From a virus: a stretch of 64,000 nt of DNA. A program made the position numbers and the translations under genes. Below, one piece after another: positions 17,909-27,371 of this stretch. The DNA lies in IMG/VR virus record IMGVR_UViG_3300000976_000012, positions 1 through 64,000 of that record. The stretch is one strand, 5' to 3'. How positions within the stretch are numbered: position 1 is the stretch's first letter; every line of letters starts with the position of its first letter. The notes beneath the pieces were generated by a model. It made no database searches. It saw nothing but the letters and a program-made list of their open reading frames with translations, and was not told the DNA's origin.

Positions 17909-18625
17909 TCATCGATCTATGATCTTATCACGAGCCGCTGTCTCTTCAAGCGCCTTCTCTATCTCTATGTTTGCTGCACCCGGTTGCACCCGAATGATCT
18001 TAGGTTCTTGGGTCTGACGAGCTGTCAGTTGTTCCATAGCTGCCCTAATGAGCGTGAGACCCTCTTCTTCATCTACAATCTCTTCGCCGTGCCGCCACAC
18101 CTCATAATCATTCATGCGTCTATTGGCAGTGTCGCTATAAGGCATGTACTTAGCGCCGGGTCCGAACGGAAAGTCTAAGCCGTAACTGTCAGAGACTAGT
18201 AACACGAATATATCAGGCCGTTCCGGCATAACCGTGGTGTCCAGCAACGCGCTAAACTTCGAGTTAGCTGCCATCTTACCTGCGTCGATCCTGCGCACAT
18301 ACTTGGGAGCGGCGAGGTATGGACAAACCATCATCGCATATCGGGCACATTCCCTGTGGTTGGGGCCGTCAGAATAGCACCCCTGCGGGTGGAATGCAGA
18401 ACCGGGGCCTCCAACAAAGCACATCTCCCCTTGGTTTATGGGATCACCACATATAGAGCACCCACCTATCTTGACGTTCTCGAACACTTTATCGGTATCA
18501 TTGATAGTGAATAATGGCTCTCCGTCGTTATTCACTGCCACTACAACCGGGATAGGGTATCCCCGCTTGTCTACCGGCAAATGCTTCATCCGATCTGGTA
18601 TCGGTACAGCTTCGGGTTTCATCAA
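17909..18625 (-). CDS. hypothetical Cys-containing protein
   Basis: 238 aa. ATGA-type overlap with the upstream gene. A variant palindrome near the 3' end encodes VQPGA. Confidence 0.6.
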   Translation of the reverse strand: MMKPEAVPIPDRMKHLPVDKRGYPIPVVVAVNNDGEPLFTINDTDKVFENVKIGGCSICGDPINQGEMCFVGGPGSAFHPQGCYSDGPNHRECARYAMMVCPYLAAPKYVRRIDAGKMAANSKFSALLDTTVMPERPDIFVLLVSDSYGLDFPFGPGAKYMPYSDTANRRMNDYEVWRHGEEIVDEEEGLTLIRAAMEQLTARQTQEPKIIRVQPGAANIEIEKALEETAARDKIIDR

Positions 18626-19377
18626 TCGAACTCCCGCTGCCCGGTAAGTCCTTCTACTTCATCCAACTTGACGACGCCTTCATCCCACCCAATTGGCCAA
18701 CGGAAATCGACATCGTCATACGCCCACATGTGGTACTGATTAGCGGTATCCACCATTCTGCTTTCAGCGGGAAATAACTGCACTGCTTCGTGCTCGTCAC
18801 TGAGCAATTGATTTTTGATGCGCTGCATATCGCGCCAATCGAAAATAGCTTCTTGATCGTGTCGCTTCACGCTGATGTGGATCATGTCAGGTCCAGACAT
18901 GTTTGATTGCATGGGCATCCGGCGCAAAATAACGTGATAGATATCGTTGCGATAATGATCATCATCCATCAATGAACGATACGTCTTCTCGATTTCTTCC
19001 ATCGACTTACCTGTCTTCCGAACAAGCTCTTCATATCGACACTGAACATCTGGACTTGTAAATTGATCTTCGTTGACCTCACATGGCTCCAAAGACTTGA
19101 AGCTGCCTTGCGCGGGTTTGTTCGCACGCTCACGGCGGTTACGCTCTTGCTTGAATTGCTTCAGTGCTTTGGTCACCATACCCATCTTCAACTCAGTAAT
19201 ACCTTCGCGAAGCAAAGGAGACAGCGCGGTCTGCAACGGCTTAGGCACTTCGCGTGCATTGCATTTGACAAGCTGCTGTAGGTTACGAATAGCATTGACG
19301 ATGCTGAGATCAGCTAATCCTTTAATCAGAGTTGCGTCCACGATCTGCGTATTTGTGCGTCCTTTATTGTATGACAT
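18622..19377 (-). CDS. hypothetical protein
   Basis: 251 aa. Cassette leader GTCGAAAGGGAAATT precedes the ATG. Confidence 0.65.
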   Translation of the reverse strand: MSYNKGRTNTQIVDATLIKGLADLSIVNAIRNLQQLVKCNAREVPKPLQTALSPLLREGITELKMGMVTKALKQFKQERNRRERANKPAQGSFKSLEPCEVNEDQFTSPDVQCRYEELVRKTGKSMEEIEKTYRSLMDDDHYRNDIYHVILRRMPMQSNMSGPDMIHISVKRHDQEAIFDWRDMQRIKNQLLSDEHEAVQLFPAESRMVDTANQYHMWAYDDVDFRWPIGWDEGVVKLDEVEGLTGQREFD

Positions 19378-19400
19378 AATTTCCCTTTCGACTTGTTTAC

Positions 19401-19429
19401 ATAGTAAGATAACCCGTATTTTATGTCAA
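19401..19429 (-). promoter_or_regulatory. cassette promoter
   Basis: TTGACATAAAAT with a -10 TACTAT at 17 nt. Confidence 0.55.
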
Positions 19430-19434
19430 GATAA

Positions 19435-20283
19435 TTAGTGAACAACCTTACGGTGTCGTTTGCTATAACCGGGTGGAGGTGATACGTGCGGAGGTTCGTA
19501 GGTTCCAATACCTTCGTCTTCCGGCCCAAACTCATCGTAGCGCTTGGCAAAATAGCTCTCTTGTATCCGATGCAAACCCATGAACGCTTCATTCGCCATA
19601 GGCATGGTATCAACCATCTCTCGGATCGATGTGTACATCTCAAAATTCGACATCATACCGTTGATCATCACTCGTATCATCCACGATACAGCATCCAGAG
19701 AGGGTACCTCTTCCTCAACACTAAGCACGGCCCCTTCTTCTAATACTGCTGTCAGGTGCTTGTATTCTGTGTCTGCCGCATCACCGACATAGTTCATGAA
19801 GTCTCGTTCAACCTCGATAATAGTAGCTGCGTTGGCCTTGACCATTTTCTCATCCGTATCGCGTGAACAGAAACCATGCTGTCGAACGAGCACAACCACA
19901 CCATGGATAGCACCCTTAAACTTAGCACCTTGTGTCAACAAACGCATTGCATTCAAGTTTAGAGGCAAGTCCTGTACTTCTGCGGCCTGCTTCGGGTCAT
20001 GAACATAAATGCCTAGGACGTATATATGGACCGGTTGACCAAATAGCTCTCTAACCGGAATACGCAAGAAATGAGGAGTGCCGAGCGCCTTTTGGATCAT
20101 TGGCATATCCACATAGAATGTTTGTTCGGGATTATCGTACTCGATAAAGTGGGGGGAGATGTTATGCGCAACCGGAATGATCATGGCTGGTGTCGGACTA
20201 TCCTGCTTCAGCAGCGTTGTCCAGTATGCGCGAAAATCCATGTCGCTCGATTGACGTGGGTCAGGCATCGGTGATGTTTTCAT
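19435..20283 (-). CDS. hypothetical protein
   Basis: 282-aa ORF with a 4-nt overlap onto the upstream gene. Confidence 0.65.
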   Translation of the reverse strand: MKTSPMPDPRQSSDMDFRAYWTTLLKQDSPTPAMIIPVAHNISPHFIEYDNPEQTFYVDMPMIQKALGTPHFLRIPVRELFGQPVHIYVLGIYVHDPKQAAEVQDLPLNLNAMRLLTQGAKFKGAIHGVVVLVRQHGFCSRDTDEKMVKANAATIIEVERDFMNYVGDAADTEYKHLTAVLEEGAVLSVEEEVPSLDAVSWMIRVMINGMMSNFEMYTSIREMVDTMPMANEAFMGLHRIQESYFAKRYDEFGPEDEGIGTYEPPHVSPPPGYSKRHRKVVH

Positions 20284-20891
20284 AGTGCTCTCAATTTACT
20301 CACATAGTGGTGTTCAATATATAACAAACTCTCAAGATAGAACGGGCCAAACGCCTGCGTAAATTCAATGTCCGTGATCCTACCATCTTCAACTGTGTAC
20401 ATGGATCGATTGACGGGGTCCCAGTCTTCTTCGTGGGCCTCCACGTATGCTTTCAGTTTCTCGTAAACCACATCACTCAAAAGAGCTTTGCCCAAATGCT
20501 TGCGCAGCCCGAACTCTGTCACAAAGCAGGGATAGACCATCGGCCAATGTTTACTTTCAAAATCTATGTCGTCTTGCCATGACAGGCTTATATCCACCCG
20601 ATACTGAACCGTAGGTGGTATGGTCTTCTCCCATAGCTTGTCACGAACGATCATGCATGGAAACATCCGGGGATCGGGAATGTCTGTAGGGGACGGGTGA
20701 CAAGATGCGTGTGACTTCTGACCAAATGCGAGAGGACGTGCTTCCGGCACATGCCTAAAGAAATTGGCCACAGTGATTGTGTCGTCACGCTGCTCTTCTA
20801 ATTGCATAGCGTGACATGGTGGCTTCCTACGTCGCTTGGGTGGGTTGATAACTGGAGCGACACGGCGGCGCTTGGGTGGGTCAACTTGCAT
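20280..20891 (-). CDS. hypothetical protein with tandem N-terminal DPPKRRR/NPPKRRR tags
   Basis: Start moved to ATG 20891 (AAAGGAAG SD). N-terminus is MQVDPPKRRRVAPVINPPKRRRKPP. Confidence 0.6.
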   Translation of the reverse strand: MQVDPPKRRRVAPVINPPKRRRKPPCHAMQLEEQRDDTITVANFFRHVPEARPLAFGQKSHASCHPSPTDIPDPRMFPCMIVRDKLWEKTIPPTVQYRVDISLSWQDDIDFESKHWPMVYPCFVTEFGLRKHLGKALLSDVVYEKLKAYVEAHEEDWDPVNRSMYTVEDGRITDIEFTQAFGPFYLESLLYIEHHYVSKLRAL

Positions 20892-21243
20892 CAGGTTCTT
20901 CCTTTGTAACCTCCGCGAAAACCTCAACACTGCCAACGGATACGCCAGCGCGGTTCGTTATCGCTTCTATATTAGCCTCCATCAACGCTTCTACACATTC
21001 CGACACATCGATCATTCCGCTTTTGTTTATCAGGCGTTCCTTGGCTTCCCACGGCTGGTATCGCCTGATACGGATCAGGTAATTCATCGACGCTTCGTAT
21101 AGTGCTTTGCTGTTGGTAACGCGGAAGTCCACAACATGCGTAACTGTGGTGTCAGGGGCAGGCTCAGGGTCCCTCGGAAGTCTTCTCCGAGCTGGTGTGA
21201 ATATCGGTGTTTCTGCTGTTTTCGAGACCCTCTTGAATACCAT
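20881..21243 (-). CDS. hypothetical protein
   Basis: 120 aa from ATG 21243, 5 nt after the upstream stop. Confidence 0.5.
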   Translation of the reverse strand: MVFKRVSKTAETPIFTPARRRLPRDPEPAPDTTVTHVVDFRVTNSKALYEASMNYLIRIRRYQPWEAKERLINKSGMIDVSECVEALMEANIEAITNRAGVSVGSVEVFAEVTKEEPDAS

Positions 21244-21248
21244 TGATG

Positions 21249-21866
21249 CTATAGGCTGACGCCCCTCCCTCCGATTGACCCTGATATATTGCAACGGGTT
21301 GCAGAGATCAGTGATGATGTGTTGCGTCTGAACGGGCGCGGCCCCGGCGTGAATTTATCCACGTCTTCGTCTTCCTTTAACACGTCAAAGACAAAACGCC
21401 ACTCCGAGGTGCCGTTGTCATGATGCCAGAGCACATTCCAATTACCCCCGCTGTAGAGATACAAGTACTCTTGTTCGTATTGAATTAGGTCTGTCACATC
21501 GGGATGAGTGTCTATTTCTAGCGGCTCTGGATTATTGGGGTCGTTGCGGTCTCGATGATAAAACAAACACATTTGATTACGAGGGTCGGCTTTTATCTTA
21601 TCCCAATCTATACTTGATACACCTGTCTTTGGATCAGTGTATTGCATATCATCACCATGACGCCACTCAAAATCGTGCTTTTCTCCTATTAGCGGATTTA
21701 ACACACTCATATGTCCGTGACTGATAAGTAATCCAGCCATGCCGGGGCTATTGTAATGTTCTATAAGCATCTTCCCGTTCCACGATGGATAGCCGTCAGA
21801 GTGGCAATAGATCGAATTGATCTTACCATTCGGGTATTGATATGCGATTGTGCTCCTAGTAGCCAT
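21249..21866 (-). CDS. hypothetical protein
   Basis: 205 aa. Cassette leader CGAAAGGGAAATC precedes the ATG. Confidence 0.65.
   Translation of the reverse strand: MATRSTIAYQYPNGKINSIYCHSDGYPSWNGKMLIEHYNSPGMAGLLISHGHMSVLNPLIGEKHDFEWRHGDDMQYTDPKTGVSSIDWDKIKADPRNQMCLFYHRDRNDPNNPEPLEIDTHPDVTDLIQYEQEYLYLYSGGNWNVLWHHDNGTSEWRFVFDVLKEDEDVDKFTPGPRPFRRNTSSLISATRCNISGSIGGRGVSL
21290..21303. repeat. 14-bp palindromic motif copy 6
   Basis: Lies inside the 3' end of 21249..21866 (frame A-T-R-C), 47 nt upstream of the next ATG. Confidence 0.9.
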
Positions 21867-21886
21867 GATTTCCCTTTCGTGTGATC

Positions 21887-21915
21887 AACTTAGATTAACC
21901 AAGATTTTATGTCAA
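21887..21915 (-). promoter_or_regulatory. cassette promoter
   Basis: TTGACATAAAAT with a -10 TAAGTT at 17 nt. Confidence 0.55.
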
Positions 21916-21924
21916 GAGGCTCTG

Positions 21925-22137
21925 TTAAGCCTCCACGTATTTATTATTGCGATGACCCCACCAACGGTTGGCATCACCATATCGGCACATGTTCTTACCC
22001 GTGTCGAGGCGCCACTTGGGGTGCTCATCAAGTAACGCTAAAATGGCTTCCGCGTGATCATCCGGGTCATCGGAGATGGTTGGCTTTAGTGCGTATGTGT
22101 CATCTCCGTATTCAGTATGTGGTGGTACTGTGATCAT
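21925..22137 (-). CDS. hypothetical protein
   Basis: 70 aa (MITVPPHTEYGDD...) starting 1 nt after the upstream stop. The longer 185-aa ORF is rejected. Confidence 0.5.
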   Translation of the reverse strand: MITVPPHTEYGDDTYALKPTISDDPDDHAEAILALLDEHPKWRLDTGKNMCRYGDANRWWGHRNNKYVEA

Positions 22138-22138
22138 G

Positions 22139-22627
22139 TTATTGATCCAACTGATCTTGGTGCTTAAACTGCATCTGATAATACCACTCAGGGACGCACC
22201 ATACTCGAACTCCATTATTCTTTGTTCGAGAAGTAAAATACCTGCTGTATAATTGATACTGTTTACGCAAAGTATCTGCCAAACTGGCTTGAATAGACCT
22301 AGGGGTTCTGTGCGAGGGGCACGGAACGAAAAAACTATCACCCGGCTGCATGTGCTCGAATGGAAAACGAGTTGCCTTATTCCGACGCATACAACGCCCT
22401 CTCCTTGTGGGAGGTGGTAACTCATGTCCGTGTTCAATCGGATACTGATCTTTACTAGGTAAAGAAACCACCGCGCAATCAACAGGTGTTTGAATTACCA
22501 AATGTTCCAAACCAACACGCACATGGGTCTCCTCTACTGGCCTTAAAAGGTCTTCAGCAGATCGCACATGGAGGCTGGTCTGCGACCAGTGTATAGGAAC
22601 CTCAACTTCTTGGATTTGTGTAGCCAT
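22139..22627 (-). CDS. hypothetical protein
   Basis: 162 aa. Cassette leader GTCGAAAGGGAAAATATC precedes the ATG. Confidence 0.6.
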   Translation of the reverse strand: MATQIQEVEVPIHWSQTSLHVRSAEDLLRPVEETHVRVGLEHLVIQTPVDCAVVSLPSKDQYPIEHGHELPPPTRRGRCMRRNKATRFPFEHMQPGDSFFVPCPSHRTPRSIQASLADTLRKQYQLYSRYFTSRTKNNGVRVWCVPEWYYQMQFKHQDQLDQ

Positions 22628-22651
22628 GATATTTTCCCTTTCGACCTTTAC

Positions 22652-22680
22652 GGGATAGCATGACCTACATTTTATGTCAA
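22652..22680 (-). promoter_or_regulatory. cassette promoter
   Basis: TTGACATAAAAT with a weak -10 TATCCC at 17 nt. Confidence 0.5.
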
Positions 22681-22686
22681 GAGGTT

Positions 22687-22947
22687 TTACCGCGTCTCTC
22701 TGGCAGTCGCCACGAAATACCGAGTGCCCTTTATGTATAAGTGTTCCCCTGCTGTGCTCGCAACATTATCAGTCAACTTATAATCGCCAAACCAATCCAC
22801 TGTATACATACGACGATTAAGTACCAGCGCGACTGTGGCGCGGATGGTCTGAGATTTCGTTATCTGAACCATCAACGGGCTTGAACGACCTGCTTGATAT
22901 GCTAGCCACACTCGACCCACCCACTCCACTCTGTTTTTCAACTTCAT
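22687..22947 (-). CDS. hypothetical protein
   Basis: 86 aa with a globular-looking sequence. Overlaps the 3' 131 nt of 22817..23194 in another frame. Confidence 0.45.
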   Translation of the reverse strand: MKLKNRVEWVGRVWLAYQAGRSSPLMVQITKSQTIRATVALVLNRRMYTVDWFGDYKLTDNVASTAGEHLYIKGTRYFVATARETR

Positions 22948-23194
22948 CGACTATCTCCGCTCTTATTCCGAAATAGAACCCGCTCGTGCCATTGCATCTC
23001 TCGATCCTATTCAGGGGTAATTTTGATCTGGACAACATGCGCTCAGTCATTGCGGCATCGAGTGCATCATGCACCTGCACCACAACGATCAACTTATCAT
23101 GTACGAACTGAAAAGTTACACCTTCGTCCCTGTGATTTCCAAATGAACAATGATCTTCGATCTTTCTGCTCAATTTCTTCAAGTCCCCTATCAT
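22817..23194 (-). CDS. hypothetical protein (3' extent uncertain)
   Basis: 125-aa ORF. The last ~40 codons are low-complexity and overlap the next ORF. Confidence 0.45.
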   Translation of the reverse strand: MIGDLKKLSRKIEDHCSFGNHRDEGVTFQFVHDKLIVVVQVHDALDAAMTERMLSRSKLPLNRIERCNGTSGFYFGIRAEIVDEVEKQSGVGGSSVASISSRSFKPVDGSDNEISDHPRHSRAGT

Positions 23195-23201
23195 AAGCCC
23201 C

Positions 23202-23717
23202 TCATCTGATCCTGCTATCTATCGGGTTGACATCTTGGTGCCTTAACTCCCGTGCAGTTCTTTCATCTATAGCATCTGGCACCCGGATTAGAAAGGGTTC
23301 CCACTGATATGGTTGAAGCTCATAGCCGAGCACGCTGTTCATTCTGAAGTGATGCGCAGCCTTGCAGTAGCGATGTGCGCCATCGATTATCAGATGCTCT
23401 TCTAACTCTGCGTCTTTGCCTACTCCGGGTATCCGTGCGACGATAACCGGATTGGCCATGATCTGTCGTTTAGTTATGCGATCATAGCGATGCTTCTCGA
23501 CCCCGCGATGCACCATGCAATAGCGGGCGAACGGCATGTCTATAGGAACTCGAATGATTGGCACTTGTGTGGCTGTGCGTAGCCACTTCTCTATTCGCGT
23601 GACAGCGAAGTGCCTAACCTCCCCAGTCTCGTTATCAACGTGAGAGAATGCAGTCTCAGTGGAATGCAAATTTCCGTCACCATCAACGGTTAAATCAAGG
23701 TCCGTCCATTCAATCAT
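23202..23717 (-). CDS. ParB/Srx-fold protein (fourth copy), putative
   Basis: The segment NPVIVARIPG...EEHLIIDGAHRYCKAAH matches the ParB N-domain DGxHR core. Confidence 0.5.
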   Translation of the reverse strand: MIEWTDLDLTVDGDGNLHSTETAFSHVDNETGEVRHFAVTRIEKWLRTATQVPIIRVPIDMPFARYCMVHRGVEKHRYDRITKRQIMANPVIVARIPGVGKDAELEEHLIIDGAHRYCKAAHHFRMNSVLGYELQPYQWEPFLIRVPDAIDERTARELRHQDVNPIDSRIR

Positions 23718-24513
23718 CTAAATTGGTTGCCCTTCGTTTTTTGGTGATCTCCAGATCAGTGCCTTTAGGCTTCAAAGATTTGGGTGCAACGGGTTGCACG
23801 GTCTCTCCGTATGAAGCACCAAAATCCTGCTGCATCGCATTACTGAAGTCACGCACCGACGCCCCGGATTGTGATGCAGCACGAGATAACTGCTCCATAG
23901 CTTGAGCCTGTGCTTGTGACGCGCTCGTTACTCCGTTCATTTGGGCACTGCGACGGTCACCTCCTAGTATTCGCTGCTCCATGTCTCGACCAAACGCTTC
24001 AGCTAGCCGCTGAGTTATTGTTTCACGCATGTTGGAAAACCTATCGTCTTCGATATTTTCCAACCTGACCTCTGATATAGGGGAGCGTATTGCTCTACCT
24101 ATTTGCTGTATATTCGGGCCGGGACTAAACACCCTCCTTGTTGGGCTTTGCCCACCTTCAAATGTAATGAACCCTGTTCGATCCGGGGTGGACGCCGGGT
24201 CCATTCCCATAATGGCCTCACCCTGTGGTCGTACAAGACGATCAGAAAACAACATACCGGGTTCCGATTGCGCGAATGCGTCAAACAACTCTCTGTTCAA
24301 TAAACCACCTGTTGCAAATAGATTAGAGCGCGATGGGCGCTCTGCCTCTCTGAGCCGCAAGACAGCTATCGCTTCTGGGTCTCCGGGAAATGCACGGCGC
24401 AACTGGCGACTGGTCATGTTCTCGTAGTCGGGCACCATCTCGCCCCATTCATTCCGCATGTGGGCATGGTTGTTACTAAAGTGCCCTGATCGATGATCCT
24501 TGTTTCTAATCAT
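23710..24513 (-). CDS. hypothetical protein
   Basis: 267 aa with an ATGA overlap. The C-terminal region carries VQPVA (palindrome) and KKRRATNLDD. Confidence 0.6.
   Translation of the reverse strand: MIRNKDHRSGHFSNNHAHMRNEWGEMVPDYENMTSRQLRRAFPGDPEAIAVLRLREAERPSRSNLFATGGLLNRELFDAFAQSEPGMLFSDRLVRPQGEAIMGMDPASTPDRTGFITFEGGQSPTRRVFSPGPNIQQIGRAIRSPISEVRLENIEDDRFSNMRETITQRLAEAFGRDMEQRILGGDRRSAQMNGVTSASQAQAQAMEQLSRAASQSGASVRDFSNAMQQDFGASYGETVQPVAPKSLKPKGTDLEITKKRRATNLDD
23785..23798. repeat. 14-bp palindromic motif copy 7
   Basis: Lies inside the 3' end of 23710..24513 (V-Q-P-V-A), 68 nt upstream of the ParB-fold gene ATG. Confidence 0.9.
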
Positions 24514-24902
24514 ATCCGGAAGGCTCTTTTATTGCTGGTGGGGGCGACCTTAGCTTTTCTTGGTTCACGTCGTTGCTTTGCCACGGGCACAAACGACCGG
24601 GCAAGTGCGACAGCGGCCTCATGGCCGTCCACAGCTTCTTCATAGCTTGTGTAGCGCCACATCTCTTGATCTATGTTTGGGTACCCGTCTGCGAATATAA
24701 GAGTTTCCCAAAGTACAGGGCCACCATCTCCACTGGGGTTATGGTCTAACCCTAGAAACACAGTGCTGACCCACATACCATCAACTATATCTGTTTTCCC
24801 CACACATGCTCTATCACTGCCCATAGGTGCGTTAGCATACGGTGAAGGTCTGTCCAAAGGAACAGGGTTATTACCCTTATCAAGATCGTACCATGAAGTC
24901 AC
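24510..24902 (-). CDS. hypothetical protein, C-terminal KRAFRI
   Basis: 130 aa. GTG start in a GTGA overlap. Confidence 0.6.
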   Translation of the reverse strand: MTSWYDLDKGNNPVPLDRPSPYANAPMGSDRACVGKTDIVDGMWVSTVFLGLDHNPSGDGGPVLWETLIFADGYPNIDQEMWRYTSYEEAVDGHEAAVALARSFVPVAKQRREPRKAKVAPTSNKRAFRI

Positions 24903-25468
24903 AGTCGAATTGCTCGTTTATTATCACCGGATAACGCATCCGGATGAAGTCGCTTATCCACCTCTTCTTGAACACGTTCTTCAAACTCGTCTTCCATTTC
25001 CTTAAAGGAACGCTCCATCTTCCGTCGATCGTTTATTAATTGCATGTGTTTAGCACGATACTCACGTTCAATAGTGTCAGTATAATCTCGTGCTCTTTCT
25101 TTAGCCTCACGGATCAGTACATTACTGTGGCGGCGTACACTCTTCAGGGTGTTATTATAAACCTGCTTAGCTTTCGATAAATCCAAAAGCTCAAAATCAT
25201 CCTCACCCTTCAATTTAGTCATGAACGTACAGAATATATCAGCGCGATCAAATAAATCTTCATAGGCATCTTGGTGCTCAAAACTCATAAGATCAACACG
25301 GTCCTTAGCCAGATCAAGTATCCGGTCCATATCATGTAGGTCTTTATGAAAACCTAAGGGATCACCTGTGGCATCTCTATAAGAAGCATCACCCACCGTA
25401 GCCGCCACGCGTATACTCTCTGCGTTCGATCTCAGCACCTTTGTTATACCTGTTATACCGACGCACAT
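24899..25468 (-). CDS. hypothetical coiled-coil-like protein, C-terminal KRAIRL (start uncertain)
   Basis: 189-aa ORF overlapping 25389..25613 by 80 nt. A GTG near 25394 is an alternative start. Confidence 0.5.
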   Translation of the reverse strand: MCVGITGITKVLRSNAESIRVAATVGDASYRDATGDPLGFHKDLHDMDRILDLAKDRVDLMSFEHQDAYEDLFDRADIFCTFMTKLKGEDDFELLDLSKAKQVYNNTLKSVRRHSNVLIREAKERARDYTDTIEREYRAKHMQLINDRRKMERSFKEMEDEFEERVQEEVDKRLHPDALSGDNKRAIRL

Positions 25469-25613
25469 ATTTCTTCAGAGTAGGCTTTAGCTTCCTGCGC
25501 CAAAACAAATTCCACAAAGTGGTTCCTAGGGTCAACGCGAGCACCCACGCCAATAACTCTCCGTTATCAAACGTGCGTTCGACACCTGCCCAATCCATTA
25601 ACATTTTTTCCAT
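25389..25613 (-). CDS. small membrane protein
   Basis: 74 aa with a TM helix LLAWVLALTLGTTLWNLFW. Cassette leader precedes the ATG. Confidence 0.55.
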   Translation of the reverse strand: MEKMLMDWAGVERTFDNGELLAWVLALTLGTTLWNLFWRRKLKPTLKKYVRRYNRYNKGAEIERREYTRGGYGG

Positions 25614-25638
25614 AGTAAATTCCCTTTCGACTAATCGC

Positions 25639-25667
25639 AGCCTAGGGGAACCGACATTTTATGTCAA
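25639..25667 (-). promoter_or_regulatory. cassette promoter
   Basis: TTGACATAAAAT with a -10 TAGGCT at 17 nt. Confidence 0.55.
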
Positions 25668-25673
25668 GAGGAA

Positions 25674-26009
25674 TTATACAGTCGGGAAGCCGCTTTTTTC
25701 GATGTCATATTTGAACTTATATTCGACCGACATAGGCACGGTGAGCGTTGTGTTCTCAATACACACGTAAACCAGATGGTCTGTCTCTTCCATGGTGGCC
25801 GTCTCGGCTGGTGTCAGGAACGCTAGAAACCGGGTATTCTCTGAGTTCTTGGCTGTGACCTCGCGTTCGATAGGAGGATCAGCAGTAGGCACACTGATGC
25901 GGCACGTATAGTTACTGTCCAGCGTGATCAAATCATCGCTGTCAGCATCCCGGTGGCCGATTGCCCACGGGCGGGCAGTCCTACCCCTTGGTGTCGATCT
26001 GTTGCTCAT
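25674..26009 (-). CDS. hypothetical protein
   Basis: 111-aa ORF at the end of the fibre-associated gene run. Confidence 0.5.
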   Translation of the reverse strand: MSNRSTPRGRTARPWAIGHRDADSDDLITLDSNYTCRISVPTADPPIEREVTAKNSENTRFLAFLTPAETATMEETDHLVYVCIENTTLTVPMSVEYKFKYDIEKSGFPTV

Positions 26010-26238
26010 GCTCTGTCACCTCTATTTCGTCACCATCTATTATATCGATCATCTCCTCCGGTCCATCCTCAATATCGATTTCCCGTGCAGCGTCTCGATA
26101 GTCCGCCACATCCACACCCTCTGCGCGGTAGTCTTCCAAATCCAATGTATCCGTAACACGCACCTCTGATCCGGTCGTAATGACCTTGCCGGATGAAAGC
26201 GCACCGAACGTGATAAAAGATAAGAGGTCTCTAATCAT
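25981..26238 (-). CDS. hypothetical acidic protein
   Basis: 85 aa with an ATGA overlap onto the upstream gene. Confidence 0.5.
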   Translation of the reverse strand: MIRDLLSFITFGALSSGKVITTGSEVRVTDTLDLEDYRAEGVDVADYRDAAREIDIEDGPEEMIDIIDGDEIEVTEHEQQIDTKG

Positions 26239-26792
26239 GGATCGATGTTCAATGCTCGCCGCGTCTGAGTAAGAGACAACGTGCCGTCACCTGTCGTATC
26301 TACTTGTAGATCATCGCCCGCTGTAACTAATTCCGGTGTGACAACCAATGGGTTATCTGGATCAAGCCCATGGCGCCTCCAGAGGTCATCTAAGCGCCGT
26401 GCTTGCTCTGCTGTGAATGACTGACCAATTAAACCGGCTGAGTTGGTTGGGATAACCTGTACGTCATTCCGAATGAGGATACCTCCTTCGATATCCCATA
26501 TATTATTATTGGAGCCTTTGAGGGTGACTGAATACAGCCCGTCTTCAAATTTGATCATCCACCCGTTTATGATCTCTATGCTCTGCGCCAGTGTGGTACC
26601 TGCGACAGTAAATTCAGCGTTTCTGTTATGAGTTATCGGGTATCCCATCCCTGCTGGAGACGCCTCTAGCTCCCTGAGATCACGGCGGAATACCTCAGTG
26701 TCAAGTTCGTATGACCCTTCACTTAGCTGTGTCAGATAAGAGACAGGTACGATTATGTGTAATACATTCCATTTGACAATCAGAGAGGACAT
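26235..26792 (-). CDS. hypothetical protein (possibly fibre/baseplate-associated)
   Basis: 185 aa. Call is by position downstream of the fibre genes only. Confidence 0.5.
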   Translation of the reverse strand: MSSLIVKWNVLHIIVPVSYLTQLSEGSYELDTEVFRRDLRELEASPAGMGYPITHNRNAEFTVAGTTLAQSIEIINGWMIKFEDGLYSVTLKGSNNNIWDIEGGILIRNDVQVIPTNSAGLIGQSFTAEQARRLDDLWRRHGLDPDNPLVVTPELVTAGDDLQVDTTGDGTLSLTQTRRALNIDP

Positions 26793-26801
26793 ACCTGTTC
26801 A

Positions 26802-27071
26802 TTACTCAGCCGCAAAAGCCTCAGTGATAACCTGAGCTTCTTTGACGTCAGTAGCGCCGTCAGTAACGCGCTTGTAGAGATCAGTCTTCTCTTCTTCATT
26901 CCAACCCGGCTTGTCTTTCTTGATACACAGCCGATGTTCTTCATTAGCAATAAAAAGCTCAATGCGGTCTTTGGTCCACAGAGGCTCAGCAACCTCGTCT
27001 TCCGACTTAGCTTTTTTCTTTTTAGATAAAACGCTTTGGGAATTTGCCACTCCTGATCTTTTTAACACCAT
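26802..27071 (-). CDS. hypothetical protein
   Basis: Start moved to ATG 27071 with an AAGGAGA SD. 89 aa. Confidence 0.55.
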   Translation of the reverse strand: MVLKRSGVANSQSVLSKKKKAKSEDEVAEPLWTKDRIELFIANEEHRLCIKKDKPGWNEEEKTDLYKRVTDGATDVKEAQVITEAFAAE

Positions 27072-27084
27072 GATGTATTCTCCT

Positions 27085-27345
27085 TTATTCCTTAACCGTT
27101 GACCCACCATTATAACCGGGTGGTATGCTGGGGACAGCAGGTGGTGCTCCTTCAAGCGCCGTTATTTTCTGCTCTAAAAGTGCAACCCGTTGCAGCAAAT
27201 CAGTATTAGCATTCTCTAACCTCTTATTGGTTTGGTTCATAGCATCTATGTTTTTAGACGTTGCTACTAACCATGCTAGCGTCACACCCGGCTCGCCTGA
27301 GCCGTGCTCTTCTAACACCTTCTCCAATAAGTTTTCGTCAGTCAT
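27085..27345 (-). CDS. small coiled-coil protein
   Basis: 86 aa with a GGGAGGG SD. Contains palindrome copy 8, read L-Q-R-V-A. Confidence 0.55.
   Translation of the reverse strand: MTDENLLEKVLEEHGSGEPGVTLAWLVATSKNIDAMNQTNKRLENANTDLLQRVALLEQKITALEGAPPAVPSIPPGYNGGSTVKE
27181..27194. repeat. 14-bp palindromic motif copy 8
   Basis: TGCAACCCGTTGCA inside 27085..27345, 110 nt upstream of the next ATG. Confidence 0.9.
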
Positions 27346-27371
27346 AATACCCTCCCATAAAATATAGGATA

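Noticed and set aside
21925-22482. 185-aa ORF overlapping 22139..22627.
   Set aside because: The 5' two-thirds overlap a promoter-led gene in another frame and read as hydrophobic noise. Only the last 70 codons, from ATG 22137 one nt after the upstream stop, look coding.
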